The translations under genes were made by a program, and so were the position numbers. 64,000 nucleotides of DNA from Planctomycetota bacterium (lineage in GTDB: Bacteria > Planctomycetota > SZUA-567 > H5-PLA8). Below, piece by piece: positions 25,773 to 35,341 of the stretch; the stretch's first letter is position 1; every line of letters starts with the position of its first letter. Under the pieces are notes generated by a model. That model was given only the letters and a program-made list of their open reading frames with translations, made no database searches and had not been told where the DNA came from. The stretch covers positions 32,001-96,000 of the forward strand of contig BTVV01000007.1 in NCBI GenBank assembly GCA_045863855.1, read 5' to 3'.

Positions 25773-26285
25773 TTAGCGAGCTTCGAGCAGATCCAAATAC
25801 GCGCCTTCGATCAGGTCGGAACTTTGAATCTCCAGCTTGGCCATCAGGGCTTCGGCGATGCGCTGGCCATCGGCGGTTGATTGGCCGGGCGTCAAAACCA
25901 CTTCCAGCTCCATAAAGTCGCCCAGTTCTTCGACGCGATCCAGATGCACGCGGGTCTGGCCCACCAAGACCAAGGTCCGCTCTTTCTTGACGATCCCCCG
26001 CAAGCCCAAAGCCATGCGCAGCGTTTCTTGCAGCTTGCGGGGTTCCAGCGTCGGAGCGATACGGTAATCCGACAGCTTGGGACCGGCCAGATCCGGCCGC
26101 TCGTAGTAAATCAGTTCGCCCGAACCTTCATCGAAAACCCGTAGCTTCAGGCGTCCACTCGGCGTTCGAAAAAAGACGTCTTCCTGGCCGATCACGCGAA
26201 CGGGCTCGGTCGCCAGGGCTACTGCGCGCGCTTGCACCCCCGCCCGATCCCGCAGCCGGGCTTTAATTTCGACGTTCGAAGGCAT
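25773..26285 (-). CDS. CYTH-domain protein (class IV adenylate cyclase / triphosphatase family)
   Basis: NVEIKAR ExExK-like motif, QEDVFF, RLKLR, VKKER, HLDRVEELGDFMELE. Confidence 0.9.
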   Translation of the reverse strand: MPSNVEIKARLRDRAGVQARAVALATEPVRVIGQEDVFFRTPSGRLKLRVFDEGSGELIYYERPDLAGPKLSDYRIAPTLEPRKLQETLRMALGLRGIVKKERTLVLVGQTRVHLDRVEELGDFMELEVVLTPGQSTADGQRIAEALMAKLEIQSSDLIEGAYLDLLEAR

Positions 26286-26288
26286 GCC

Positions 26289-27431
26289 TTACTCCCGGCA
26301 TTCCGGCGCCGCACGATTGGCCTGTTCGGCCACGTACTGCACATCGGCTTCGGTCATCTGCGGATACATCGGCAGCGTGACGCAACTCGCCGAGAGCCGC
26401 TCGGTGACGCTCAGACCGCCGCGCGAATGCTTGGCCTCGGCGTAATACGGCTGCGTGTGCACCGGCGGATCGAAATGGACCGAAGCGCCGATGCCTGCCT
26501 GCTTCAGCTTGGCCAGGAACCTCGTCCGGTCCAGGCCGCGCGTCTTGACCACGTACATCTGATACACGTGGGTGCAGCCGGACCGCTCCACGGGCAGGTC
26601 GAACCACTCGCGATTCAGGGCCGCGTCGTAGGCTTTGGCGTGCACGCGCCGCGCGGCGTTCATCCCGGCAAGCTTATCCATCTGCTTCGCGCCTAAGGCC
26701 GCGAGCACGTTACTGAGCCTGAAATTGTAGCCCGCGAACGTCGCCGCACGCAGCCACGGGCGTTCTTTCTTTTCGCGCGCCAGCGTCGTCGATTCGATGC
26801 CGTGCCCGACCAGCGCGCGGACCTTCGCCGCCAGCGCGGCGTCGCGCGTCGTCAGCATACCGCCTTCGCCGGTGGTGAGGTTCTTCGTGGGGAAAAACGA
26901 AAAACAACCGGTCCCCCACCCGCCGGTCCGGACACCATCCTGCGCCGCGCCGATCGCTTCGGCCGAATCTTCGATCAAAAGCAGGTTGTGCCGCGCCGCG
27001 ATCTCGCCGAGTCGCCGCATATCGGCCACATGCCCGGCATAGTGGACCGCCATCAACGCTTCGGTGCGCGGCGTGATCGCCGCCTCGACCGCGGCGGGAT
27101 CCAGGTTGCCGGTCTGGTATTCCACGTCTGCGAAGACCGGCGTCGCGCCCGCGGTGACGATCGCATTGGCGCTGGCCACGAACGTGAAGCTCGGAACGAT
27201 CACCTCGCCCTTGATGCCCTGCGCCACCAAGGACAGAAAAAGCGCGGACGTGCAGGAGTTCATGCAGACGGCATGCGGCAGGCCCAGAAACGCCGCGAAC
27301 TTCGCTTCGAATTCGTGGTTCATCGGCCCGTGCGCGAGCCATCCGGACTTCAGCACTTCCGTGACGGCATCGAGTTCGGCCGCGTCGAGATTCGGGATGC
27401 AAAGCGGAACGTGGCGCGGAGCATCGGACAT
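26289..27431 (-). CDS. DegT/DnrJ/EryC1/StrS sugar aminotransferase
   Basis: NSCTSAL, VPSFTFVASANA, EDSAEAIG, FSFFPTKNLTTGEGG, GYNFRL. Confidence 0.93.
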   Translation of the reverse strand: MSDAPRHVPLCIPNLDAAELDAVTEVLKSGWLAHGPMNHEFEAKFAAFLGLPHAVCMNSCTSALFLSLVAQGIKGEVIVPSFTFVASANAIVTAGATPVFADVEYQTGNLDPAAVEAAITPRTEALMAVHYAGHVADMRRLGEIAARHNLLLIEDSAEAIGAAQDGVRTGGWGTGCFSFFPTKNLTTGEGGMLTTRDAALAAKVRALVGHGIESTTLAREKKERPWLRAATFAGYNFRLSNVLAALGAKQMDKLAGMNAARRVHAKAYDAALNREWFDLPVERSGCTHVYQMYVVKTRGLDRTRFLAKLKQAGIGASVHFDPPVHTQPYYAEAKHSRGGLSVTERLSASCVTLPMYPQMTEADVQYVAEQANRAAPECRE

Positions 27432-27438
27432 GGCCGGT

Positions 27439-28425
27439 TCAGCTCACCAATTCCCGCGGGCCGCGTTCTTTCAGGTCCGCCACGTAGCTTGCGATACCGG
27501 ACTCGATATCCACGCTCGGCGCGTAACCCAGCAGGTCCCTCGCTTTGGCGATCGAAAGCGTGCCCCGTTCGGGGCGCGCGGCGTCCGAGGGCCGTTCCTC
27601 GATTCGGGCTTGCGGGAAATGCCGCTTCACTTCGAGCGCGAACTCCCGCACTTCACGCGCCCGGCCACGGGTAAGGTTGAAGATTTCATTGGCCGCGCTG
27701 GGCCGATCAAGACAGCGCGCCAGCCCGTCCGCCAGATCGGCCGCGTACGTAAAGTCGATCCGGCTTTTACCGCCCTCGTGGAGCACCAACGGCTTCCCCG
27801 TCATCGCGTTCTCGATGAGTATCTGGCTCACGCGCCTGTTGGCGTCGCCGAAGCCGTAGACCGCGCTGGGCCGCACGATCGTGTACTCGAATCCGTGCGC
27901 CTTGGCGTACGATTTGGTCAGGATTTCGCCCGTCAATTTCGTCCCGCCGTACACGTCGATCGGATCGGTGGGATGCGTCTCGTCGGCTTCGGCGCTTTTG
28001 AAATGCCCGTACACGAAACTGCTGCTCGCGAAGACGAAGCGTTTGACGCTGCCCGCCGCGCGCACGCCTTCCAGCACCGAAAGCGTGCCGTCCACGTTGA
28101 TTTGCAGCGCTTCGGTCGGATACAGCGTCGCTTCCTTGGCGCTGGGCAGCGCCGCCAGATGCACCACCGCGTCCGGACGCCATTCGGTCATGATCTGCTG
28201 GATGCGCTTCTGTACACGGATGTCACCGCGCTCGATCCGTACGTTCGGGTGATCCAGCAATCCGGCCATGCGCGCCTTCAAGAAATGCTGATAGTGGCTG
28301 ATGAACGGGGAAATGTAGTTCAGGTAGGCGTCCAGTAGGAGCAGTTCGTGTTGTTGCGCGCAGAGGATGCGCGCCAAGTGCGAGCCGATGAAGCCGCAGC
28401 CGCCCGTGATTAGAATCTTGCTCAT
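27439..28425 (-). CDS. NAD-dependent nucleotide-sugar epimerase/dehydratase
   Basis: ITGGCGFIG, HLAA, SSSFVYG, YGGTK. Confidence 0.92.
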   Translation of the reverse strand: MSKILITGGCGFIGSHLARILCAQQHELLLLDAYLNYISPFISHYQHFLKARMAGLLDHPNVRIERGDIRVQKRIQQIMTEWRPDAVVHLAALPSAKEATLYPTEALQINVDGTLSVLEGVRAAGSVKRFVFASSSFVYGHFKSAEADETHPTDPIDVYGGTKLTGEILTKSYAKAHGFEYTIVRPSAVYGFGDANRRVSQILIENAMTGKPLVLHEGGKSRIDFTYAADLADGLARCLDRPSAANEIFNLTRGRAREVREFALEVKRHFPQARIEERPSDAARPERGTLSIAKARDLLGYAPSVDIESGIASYVADLKERGPRELVS

Positions 28426-30329
28426 GCGTCCCTATCCGTCTCGGATTGACGCCACGCATGATAGCTCAGCCCCAGGCAGGTCACGAGGAATAAAACCGGG
28501 AGCGCCAGATCGCTCGCGCCGATGGGCTCGTCGTCGCCGCGAAACCCTCGCGCCGGCATCGCGAAGAGCGCCTCCGGCGGCGCCGCGCTGGGTTTGGGCC
28601 GCAACAACAAGTAGCTCGTCTCGTCGTCGTATTCCAGCGTCGCCACCAGTTCGCTCGTCTCGAGCAGCGCCGCGTAAGCGGGACGTTCCGTCTCGCGGTC
28701 CCGCGCCACCAGGATCGCCGGCCGCGGCGACTCGTAGTAGAACTCGCGCAGGCCGCTCCATGGCAGCACGTCGATCACCGGGCGATTGAGATACCAGACG
28801 GCCTCGTTCGCCGAACCGCCGAACCAGAGCAGCCGTTCCTCGCCTAGATGCTTCGCCATCCGCTCGAAGAACGCGCGCTTGGGTTCCTTGCGTTCCTGCG
28901 CCGGCCGGATCGTGGTTTCCTTGAGCAGCCCCAGCAGCGCGACAAGCGCCAGGAGCGCGATCGAGGCCTCTTGGAATGCCCCCGCGCGAAGCCAACGTAC
29001 CGCACGCCACGCCAGCGCGGCGAATCCCGCCGCGCAAACGCCCGCCCACAGAAACTCCCCGCGCGTGAATGGTAGCGCGCGTTCGAGCCCCCACCACGCG
29101 CCGCTCGCCAATACCGCCGCGGAAAGCGGCGCCAGCGCCGCCACGGCGTACAGCGTCCCTTTCGAAAAAGCCGTAAGCCAAGGATGCCGCGCCACGCCGC
29201 CGGCTTCGAAGAACAACGCATGCCAATAACGCCCTACCCACAACGACAGCATCGGATACAGCGGCAGCATGTATACGCTGCGCTTGCTCCCCAGCATGTT
29301 CATCAAGAACCACGGCACCAGCAGCGCGCAGACCAGAAACCGGCCCGGTGTCGTCATGCGATGCGCGTAGCGGATGCTCCACCACAGCGCGGGAAAGATG
29401 AACAAACCCCAAGGCAAGAAGTGCATCGGTACGTTCTGAAGATAGAAGAGGAACGGAAAGATGCGGATGCCCGAATTGTGATCCACCTGCCCTATGGCGC
29501 GCTGCAGATTCTCCTGTTCGATGAGGATTTCCACGCCCTGCCATTCGTCCACGCGCCAGAGCACGTAGAACCAGAAGTTACCGACCCAGAGAGCCAGCGC
29601 CACGCCGTACCAGATTCGCGAACGCCAAACGAAGCTCGGCAGGCCGCGGCCCGCGGTATAGCGGCGCCACTCCCAGGCCAAGTACGTGAACATCGGGATC
29701 ACGGCAAAAACGGCGACAAGCGGCGGGCCCTTGGCCTGGCAGGCTATTCCTAAACAGAGATAGAAAGCCAGCAACGGCAACCCGGCTTCCCGGTCGCGGC
29801 CTTGTTCCAGTCGCTGTAATCCGACCAGAAAGAAATACCAGCCGGCCATCATCGATGCCGTCAGCATCGGATCGATCAGAATTTCGCGCGACATGGCCTG
29901 AAAGAAATAAGTGGAGAGCAACGCCAGCCCGGCCAGCAGGCCGGTCTGAGGCCCGTACAAGCGCCGCCCCAGCCCGTAGGTAAACAGAACCGTCAGCCAC
30001 CCGCAGCAGACAGGCAACAGCCGGAACGCGGTGGACAACTCCAGGCCCATGGCCTGGCCAAGGAAACCGAATCCGGCGAGCACCCAGTAGATCAGCACCG
30101 GCTTCTTGAGCCGCGGCTCCCCGTTGAAGGCAGGAATCACCCAGTCGCTGGCGTCTTCGCCTTTGGCGCCGGTCACTAGATCGCGCGCGGCGCAGACGTA
30201 GCGCGGTTCATCCGGGCGTTCGATGTACTGCGTATGCAAATACGGGAGCGCCGAAAGCAGGTACAGCAGCGTCAGCAGCAGGGCATGGCGCCAAGCCGGA
30301 GCTTGCTCATCGAGCAGCGCGCGCATCAT
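28422..30329 (-). CDS. ArnT/PMT-family (GT-C) glycosyltransferase
   Basis: PDEPRY, DWVIPAFNGEPRLKKP, AKGP, SKRSVYMLPLYP; many TM helices; start ATG 30329. Confidence 0.9.
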   Translation of the reverse strand: MMRALLDEQAPAWRHALLLTLLYLLSALPYLHTQYIERPDEPRYVCAARDLVTGAKGEDASDWVIPAFNGEPRLKKPVLIYWVLAGFGFLGQAMGLELSTAFRLLPVCCGWLTVLFTYGLGRRLYGPQTGLLAGLALLSTYFFQAMSREILIDPMLTASMMAGWYFFLVGLQRLEQGRDREAGLPLLAFYLCLGIACQAKGPPLVAVFAVIPMFTYLAWEWRRYTAGRGLPSFVWRSRIWYGVALALWVGNFWFYVLWRVDEWQGVEILIEQENLQRAIGQVDHNSGIRIFPFLFYLQNVPMHFLPWGLFIFPALWWSIRYAHRMTTPGRFLVCALLVPWFLMNMLGSKRSVYMLPLYPMLSLWVGRYWHALFFEAGGVARHPWLTAFSKGTLYAVAALAPLSAAVLASGAWWGLERALPFTRGEFLWAGVCAAGFAALAWRAVRWLRAGAFQEASIALLALVALLGLLKETTIRPAQERKEPKRAFFERMAKHLGEERLLWFGGSANEAVWYLNRPVIDVLPWSGLREFYYESPRPAILVARDRETERPAYAALLETSELVATLEYDDETSYLLLRPKPSAAPPEALFAMPARGFRGDDEPIGASDLALPVLFLVTCLGLSYHAWRQSETDRDA

Positions 30330-31102
30330 GTTCGCGCGGAAGCCGCCGCTTGCGGCGTGCAGGTGCGCACCGCTTGGAGATCGTAGAATCCGGCCTTCAA
30401 GCGTTTGCGGCAGCGCAGCAGCTCGGGAAACCCGGACCAAGCCTTGCGCAGCGCCCGATACTTGCTCGCGCCGTGCTTGCGCGGCGCGTGGCGCGTCTCC
30501 ACGTCGCCGATGCGCCGGGGATCCAGCCCGCGCCGCACCAGAATCGGAATCACGTAGCGATGGTCGTTCTCGCGCAGTTCCAATCCTTGGGCCAGTATCG
30601 CCGGAAGCGCCGTGAAATTGCTGGCCGCGTCTTGCACCGGACACGTCATCAGCATGCGGATCAGCCAATTGCCCAACCGGCTGATCGCCACCAGCCCGGC
30701 CGCGTGCTGCCGGCGCATCCGAATCGCATTCGTCAGGTCCAGCCGGCCGGCTTCGAGCGGCGCCAGCAGCTTGGGAATATCTTCGGGGTAATTCTGCAAG
30801 TCGGCGTCCATGGTCACGATGGTGTCGCCCGTGGCATGCCGAAAGCCCGTCTGAAAGCCGCCCGTCTGCCCGCCGCGAACCGGATTGCGCAGCGCGCGAA
30901 GACGCGGATACCGGGCGCTCAGGTGCTGCAGCAGTTCCAAACTGCCGTCGGTCGAATGATCGTCGCAGGCCAAATGTTCCCATTCGCGCGCCGGCTGCTC
31001 CGCGCGCCAAGCTTCCATCGTCGCGCAAATGCGCTCGACGAGTTCGGGAATGTTCCCCGCCTCGTTATGGATCGGCGTGAGGACCGAGACTTTGCGGATC
31101 AT
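30326..31102 (-). CDS. GT2 polyprenyl-phosphate glycosyltransferase (ArnC/DPM1-like)
   Basis: TPIHNE, DDHSTDGS, TMDADLQN, HAPRKHGASKY. Confidence 0.9.
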   Translation of the reverse strand: MIRKVSVLTPIHNEAGNIPELVERICATMEAWRAEQPAREWEHLACDDHSTDGSLELLQHLSARYPRLRALRNPVRGGQTGGFQTGFRHATGDTIVTMDADLQNYPEDIPKLLAPLEAGRLDLTNAIRMRRQHAAGLVAISRLGNWLIRMLMTCPVQDAASNFTALPAILAQGLELRENDHRYVIPILVRRGLDPRRIGDVETRHAPRKHGASKYRALRKAWSGFPELLRCRKRLKAGFYDLQAVRTCTPQAAASART

Positions 31103-31363
31103 CGGGTCGCCAGCGCTTCGGCGGCCGTCGGCGTTCCGCGGCCCGCCTCGCGCACCGGATTCGAATGGGCCTGTAGCGCCGTGTCCGGCGCAAGCAGGAA
31201 GTAGAGTATCGAACGGGACATGAATGCGGCGCGGCCTCCCGGCATGCGTCCCAACGCTTGAAGTACCCGACGCAGCAAAACGAAAGTTTAAGAGGCGCCA
31301 AATGCTGCGCCAAGCGCGAGAAAAGAAAATGCGGGTTTAGGATTCTAAACCCATGCGCGCTTG

Positions 31364-32548
31364 CTAACCCATGAGTCCCATCAAACCGAGAGTCGCCGCG
31401 CCCAACGCGCCGCCATCGGGCAATTTGCCGTAAACCAGTTCGACCTGCTCGGTATGCGTCGGCAGCCCGTGCTCGGCATACGCGGCACGCAGGGGCGCGT
31501 CGATGGCCGGAGCCGCCAGGGCCAGCGTCCCGCCGACCACCAGCCGTTCGGGATCCAGCAGCAGCGCGACCTGCGCGGCCGTGCGTCCGGCAAGCACCGC
31601 GGCCTCGCGCATACCCGCCGCCGCGGCGGGATCGCCCGCTGCCGCGGCCGCCAGCAGCGCCGTAATCTTCTCGGTGGATCCGCCGGGAGCGCGCCAGCCG
31701 GCAAGTTCCGCGGCGGCCAACAGCGCCACGGCGCCCGTGCGGCTTTGCAGCGAGCCGTCTTCGCCCGGCAGGCGCCAGTGCCCCAGTTCGCCCGCCAGAT
31801 GATGCGCGCCCGCCTGCACCCGCCCGTTCACCACCATCGCCATCGCCACGCCCGTACGAAACGAGAGGTATACGAACGATCCACACCCGCGCGCGGCGCC
31901 GAACCAGCCTTCGGCAAGTGCCAGCGCGTGAATGTTGCTGCCCATGTACACCGGCAGCTTCAGCTTCGCGTGCAGTTCCTCGAGCAGCAGTCCGGACTCG
32001 AAAGCCTGGATCGTGCTGTACACGATGCGCCGGCCCTTTTCCTCCATGAAGCGCAGCACCGGCACGCCGATGCCCAGGGCGAGCGGCCCGCGCGACGAAC
32101 CGGACGGACCTTTCCAGCCCTCGGCCGCGATCCAAGCGTCGAGGAGCCCCACCAGCTTGCTCCGCACCGCCGCGAACGGCTCCGTGGCATCCAGCGGCAC
32201 GCGCCGCTCGAAGCGCGTCTCGCCGGTCAGCGTCACCGCGCGCAAGGTCAGCCTCGAAAGTTCGTAGTCGAGCCCCAGCAGCGTGCGCCGGTCGGGGTCG
32301 AGTTCGTAACCCAGTGGCGGCCGGCCGCCCTTGGACGGTCCGTGCCCGGCAGGACGAATCAGCCCCAGCCCTTCGATATGATCCATCGCCTGGCAGACGG
32401 TCGCCCAAGCCAGCCCGGTCTGCGCCTGAAGCTGGCGGCGATCAAGCGTCTCCCCACTGCCTTCGAGGATGCGGCGGAATACCTGCCGCGCCGCGCGCGA
32501 CCATGGGGCCGGGCCGCCGGCGCCCCGAACGGAGACTTGATTCGCCAT
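31364..32548 (-). CDS. ROK family transcriptional regulator
   Basis: N-terminal HTH (RRQLQAQTGLAWATV, GGRPP), ALALAEGWFG, AGELGH, LDPERLVVGG. Confidence 0.85.
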   Translation of the reverse strand: MANQVSVRGAGGPAPWSRAARQVFRRILEGSGETLDRRQLQAQTGLAWATVCQAMDHIEGLGLIRPAGHGPSKGGRPPLGYELDPDRRTLLGLDYELSRLTLRAVTLTGETRFERRVPLDATEPFAAVRSKLVGLLDAWIAAEGWKGPSGSSRGPLALGIGVPVLRFMEEKGRRIVYSTIQAFESGLLLEELHAKLKLPVYMGSNIHALALAEGWFGAARGCGSFVYLSFRTGVAMAMVVNGRVQAGAHHLAGELGHWRLPGEDGSLQSRTGAVALLAAAELAGWRAPGGSTEKITALLAAAAAGDPAAAAGMREAAVLAGRTAAQVALLLDPERLVVGGTLALAAPAIDAPLRAAYAEHGLPTHTEQVELVYGKLPDGGALGAATLGLMGLMG

Positions 32549-32739
32549 GTTGGTGCCGCCGAAGTTCCCCGCTTTCGCGCCCGCGGTCAAGAGCCGACTG
32601 CCGCCGCGCGACGATATTTTGCGTACTGGGGCCGCAATCCCTTTGCTATGACCACCTGGAAATAGAAGTAGAATGGAGCGGGTTGCATACGTCTAACTCA
32701 AGTGGAACGCTTTCCCAAGCCGGAAGCCGGATCGAACGC

Positions 32740-34332
32740 ATGACCCGTTGGCGCCTCCCTTATTGGAATGTACTCGCCGCGCTGGCGTTCGTCGGCGCTT
32801 GCGCCGGATGCGCCGGCGCCGAAAGCACGCCCGCGCCCGAAGGTCCGGGCGGAAGCGTGCGGGAGATTCGTATCCTGGCCACCCAGGCGGACGACACCCC
32901 CGGCGAAATGGTGGTCGCGCCGCCGCGCGCCAAAGTCTCCGGATACCATGCGCTCGACCTTTCGCCCGACGCCAACAGGCTCGCCGTCGCCGGCAACGAC
33001 GGCATTATCCGCTTCTACAATCCCAGCGACGGGAAGCCGCTGGGCGAACTGAAAGGCCACACCGGCAACGTTCACGGACTCTCGTTCTCGCCGGAAGGCA
33101 AACTCCTCGCCAGTGCCTCCGCCGACGGATCGATCCGGATCTGGGATCTCGCCGCGAACGCGAGCGTCCAGGAACTCAAAGGCCATGAAGGCGCGGTGAG
33201 GTGCGTGGCGTTCGGACCCACGCCCGACCGCCTTGCAAGCAGCGGCAGCGACGGAAGCATCCGGCTGTGGGACGTCAAGAGCGGGCGCTGCCTGCGCGTC
33301 TTCACCGGGCACGGCGCGGGCAGCGACAGCGTCGCCTTCGGGCGCGACGGGCGCACGCTGCTCAGCGAAGCCGGCGACGTCACCGCGCGCACCTGGGATG
33401 CCGTCTTCATGCGCGAAGGCATCGTCCTGCCCGAACGCGACGGCTCCGTCGCGGCCTTGGATCTATCCCCGGATGCGCGGCTGGGCGTCACCACGCGCGG
33501 CGACCGGACCTGGCGCGTCTTCGATACGCAATCCGGGTTGGACGTGCGGATCCTCGAAGGCCAGGACGGCAACGGTTCCTGCGCGCGCTTCACGCCCGAC
33601 GGCCGCACCCTCGCCACCGGCGCCCAGGACGGCAGCCTGCGGCTGTGGGACCTCCCAACCGGCCTCGAACGCCGCCGCTTGCGTGGATCGGGCGGCAGCG
33701 TGCCCAAGCGCCTCGCGCTCGACGCCAGCGGACGCTGGCTCGCCACGCTCGATTTCGACGGCGCCTGCCTGATCTGGGACCTCTGGGGTCCGCCGGCGCG
33801 GCCCAAAGGCCACGCCGAGCTCACGCTCACCGCCGGTACGGATGCGCTGCAAGACGCCTGGAATCGCCTGCGCAGCTTTCGCAATCCGCTACTGCGCGAA
33901 TCGGCCGTCTGGGACCTTCTGGTCCGGGGCGACGACGCCGCGAACTTCATCGCCGCGCAACTCAAGCCCGTCGCCCGCGAACCCGATCCCGAACTCGTTG
34001 CGCTGATCGGGCGGCTCGACGACGAACGCTACGCCGCGCGCGAAGCCGCCGAGGCCGGGCTGGCGCTCCGCGCCCTCGACGCCCGGCCGCTCCTGCGCCA
34101 AGCCGCGCGCGAGCATCCCAGCAGCGAAGTCCGCGCCCGCGCCGCGCGGGTGCTCGCCACGCCCGCCCCCGAAGAAATCCTGCGCCAGTACGCGGCCGTA
34201 GAAATACTCGACTGGCTCAACCGGCCCGCCGCCACCGCCCACCTGGAAGCCTTGGCCGCCGGCCGCCCCGACCACCCGCTGACCACGTGGGCCGCGCTGG
34301 TCCTCGAACGCAAGAAGGTGCGTGCGCAGTAG
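32740..34332 (+). CDS. Secreted WD40-repeat protein with C-terminal HEAT-like helices
   Basis: GHTGNVHGLSFSPEGKLLASASADGSIRIWD-type repeats; LDDERYAAREAA; signal peptide. Confidence 0.88.
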   Translation: MTRWRLPYWNVLAALAFVGACAGCAGAESTPAPEGPGGSVREIRILATQADDTPGEMVVAPPRAKVSGYHALDLSPDANRLAVAGNDGIIRFYNPSDGKPLGELKGHTGNVHGLSFSPEGKLLASASADGSIRIWDLAANASVQELKGHEGAVRCVAFGPTPDRLASSGSDGSIRLWDVKSGRCLRVFTGHGAGSDSVAFGRDGRTLLSEAGDVTARTWDAVFMREGIVLPERDGSVAALDLSPDARLGVTTRGDRTWRVFDTQSGLDVRILEGQDGNGSCARFTPDGRTLATGAQDGSLRLWDLPTGLERRRLRGSGGSVPKRLALDASGRWLATLDFDGACLIWDLWGPPARPKGHAELTLTAGTDALQDAWNRLRSFRNPLLRESAVWDLLVRGDDAANFIAAQLKPVAREPDPELVALIGRLDDERYAAREAAEAGLALRALDARPLLRQAAREHPSSEVRARAARVLATPAPEEILRQYAAVEILDWLNRPAATAHLEALAAGRPDHPLTTWAALVLERKKVRAQ

Positions 34333-34440
34333 CTTCGGCCCTGTTCATACCTGCGCTTCAAACCTGCCCCGCCCGTTTTCCGGTTTCTGCTAAACTGACC
34401 CGCGATAGGTTGGTTTCATACACCTGGGAGCCCGGATTTC

Positions 34441-35319
34441 ATGGCGAAGTACCTCAATCCTTACTCCGATTCGTCCACACGCTGGTTGCGCGGAAACCTC
34501 CACGGCCACACGTGCTGCGGACGCTTCATGGATCTGGGCGAGAGCGGACGCTTTTACGCGCGCCTGGGCTACGATTTCGTCGCGGTCACCGATCACAACA
34601 AAGCGCCGACGAAGGGCCAGACCGCCGGCTGGCAGCAGGCCGCGGGGCTGGTGGTGGTGCCCGGCGAAGAGAACGGTTCCACCGACCACATCATCGAACT
34701 GGGCGTGCATGAAGTGACGCCCACCCAAAGCCTGGCCTTCGCCGATCGCTCCAAGGCGCTGCGCGACGGCGGCGGCTTTGTCATTGCCTGTCATCCGCAG
34801 GAATATCCGCACGGCGCCGAAAACCTCCGCGCGGGCGCCCCGTTTCTACATGCCGTCGAAATCTACAACGGCCTGCGCGAAGCGCGCGGCACCAACGAAC
34901 GCCACAACGTCGCGCTTTGGGACGAACTGCTCAGCGCAGGCCGCAAGCTCTGGGCCGTCGCCGCCGACGACTTCCACTGCCAGTACATCTCGCCCGGCCA
35001 CGGTTGGGTCTGCGTGCAGGCGCCCGAGGATACCGGCGCGCTGACTTGGGAAAGCATCGTGGAACAACTCAAACGCGGCGCGTTTTACGCCAGCAACGGA
35101 CCGAACTTCAAGCGCCTGGAATTCCGCGGCGGCACGCTGCGCGTCGAAGTCGAGAAGCTCGTGCGCGACATCCAGGTGATCGGACCGGGCGGCGAAACGC
35201 TCGCCACCCATCCCGGTCCGGCACTCTCCTGGAAAGCGCCCGCCGGACTCGGGTATTTCCGCGTCGAAGCGCATTGCGGCGTCAAGACAGCCTGGAGCCA
35301 GCCGTTTTTTGCCGCGTAA
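34441..35319 (+). CDS. PHP-like (CehA/McbA family) metallohydrolase
   Basis: WLRGNLHGH, GYDFVAVTDHN, CHP, VEIYNG, ADDFH. Confidence 0.82.
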   Translation: MAKYLNPYSDSSTRWLRGNLHGHTCCGRFMDLGESGRFYARLGYDFVAVTDHNKAPTKGQTAGWQQAAGLVVVPGEENGSTDHIIELGVHEVTPTQSLAFADRSKALRDGGGFVIACHPQEYPHGAENLRAGAPFLHAVEIYNGLREARGTNERHNVALWDELLSAGRKLWAVAADDFHCQYISPGHGWVCVQAPEDTGALTWESIVEQLKRGAFYASNGPNFKRLEFRGGTLRVEVEKLVRDIQVIGPGGETLATHPGPALSWKAPAGLGYFRVEAHCGVKTAWSQPFFAA

Positions 35320-35341
35320 GCTCACGGATTAAGGATCGAAC

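Noticed and set aside
31099..31221. 40-aa minus-strand ORF overlapping the GT2 start
   Set aside because: No clear RBS or recognisable features; cannot be supported
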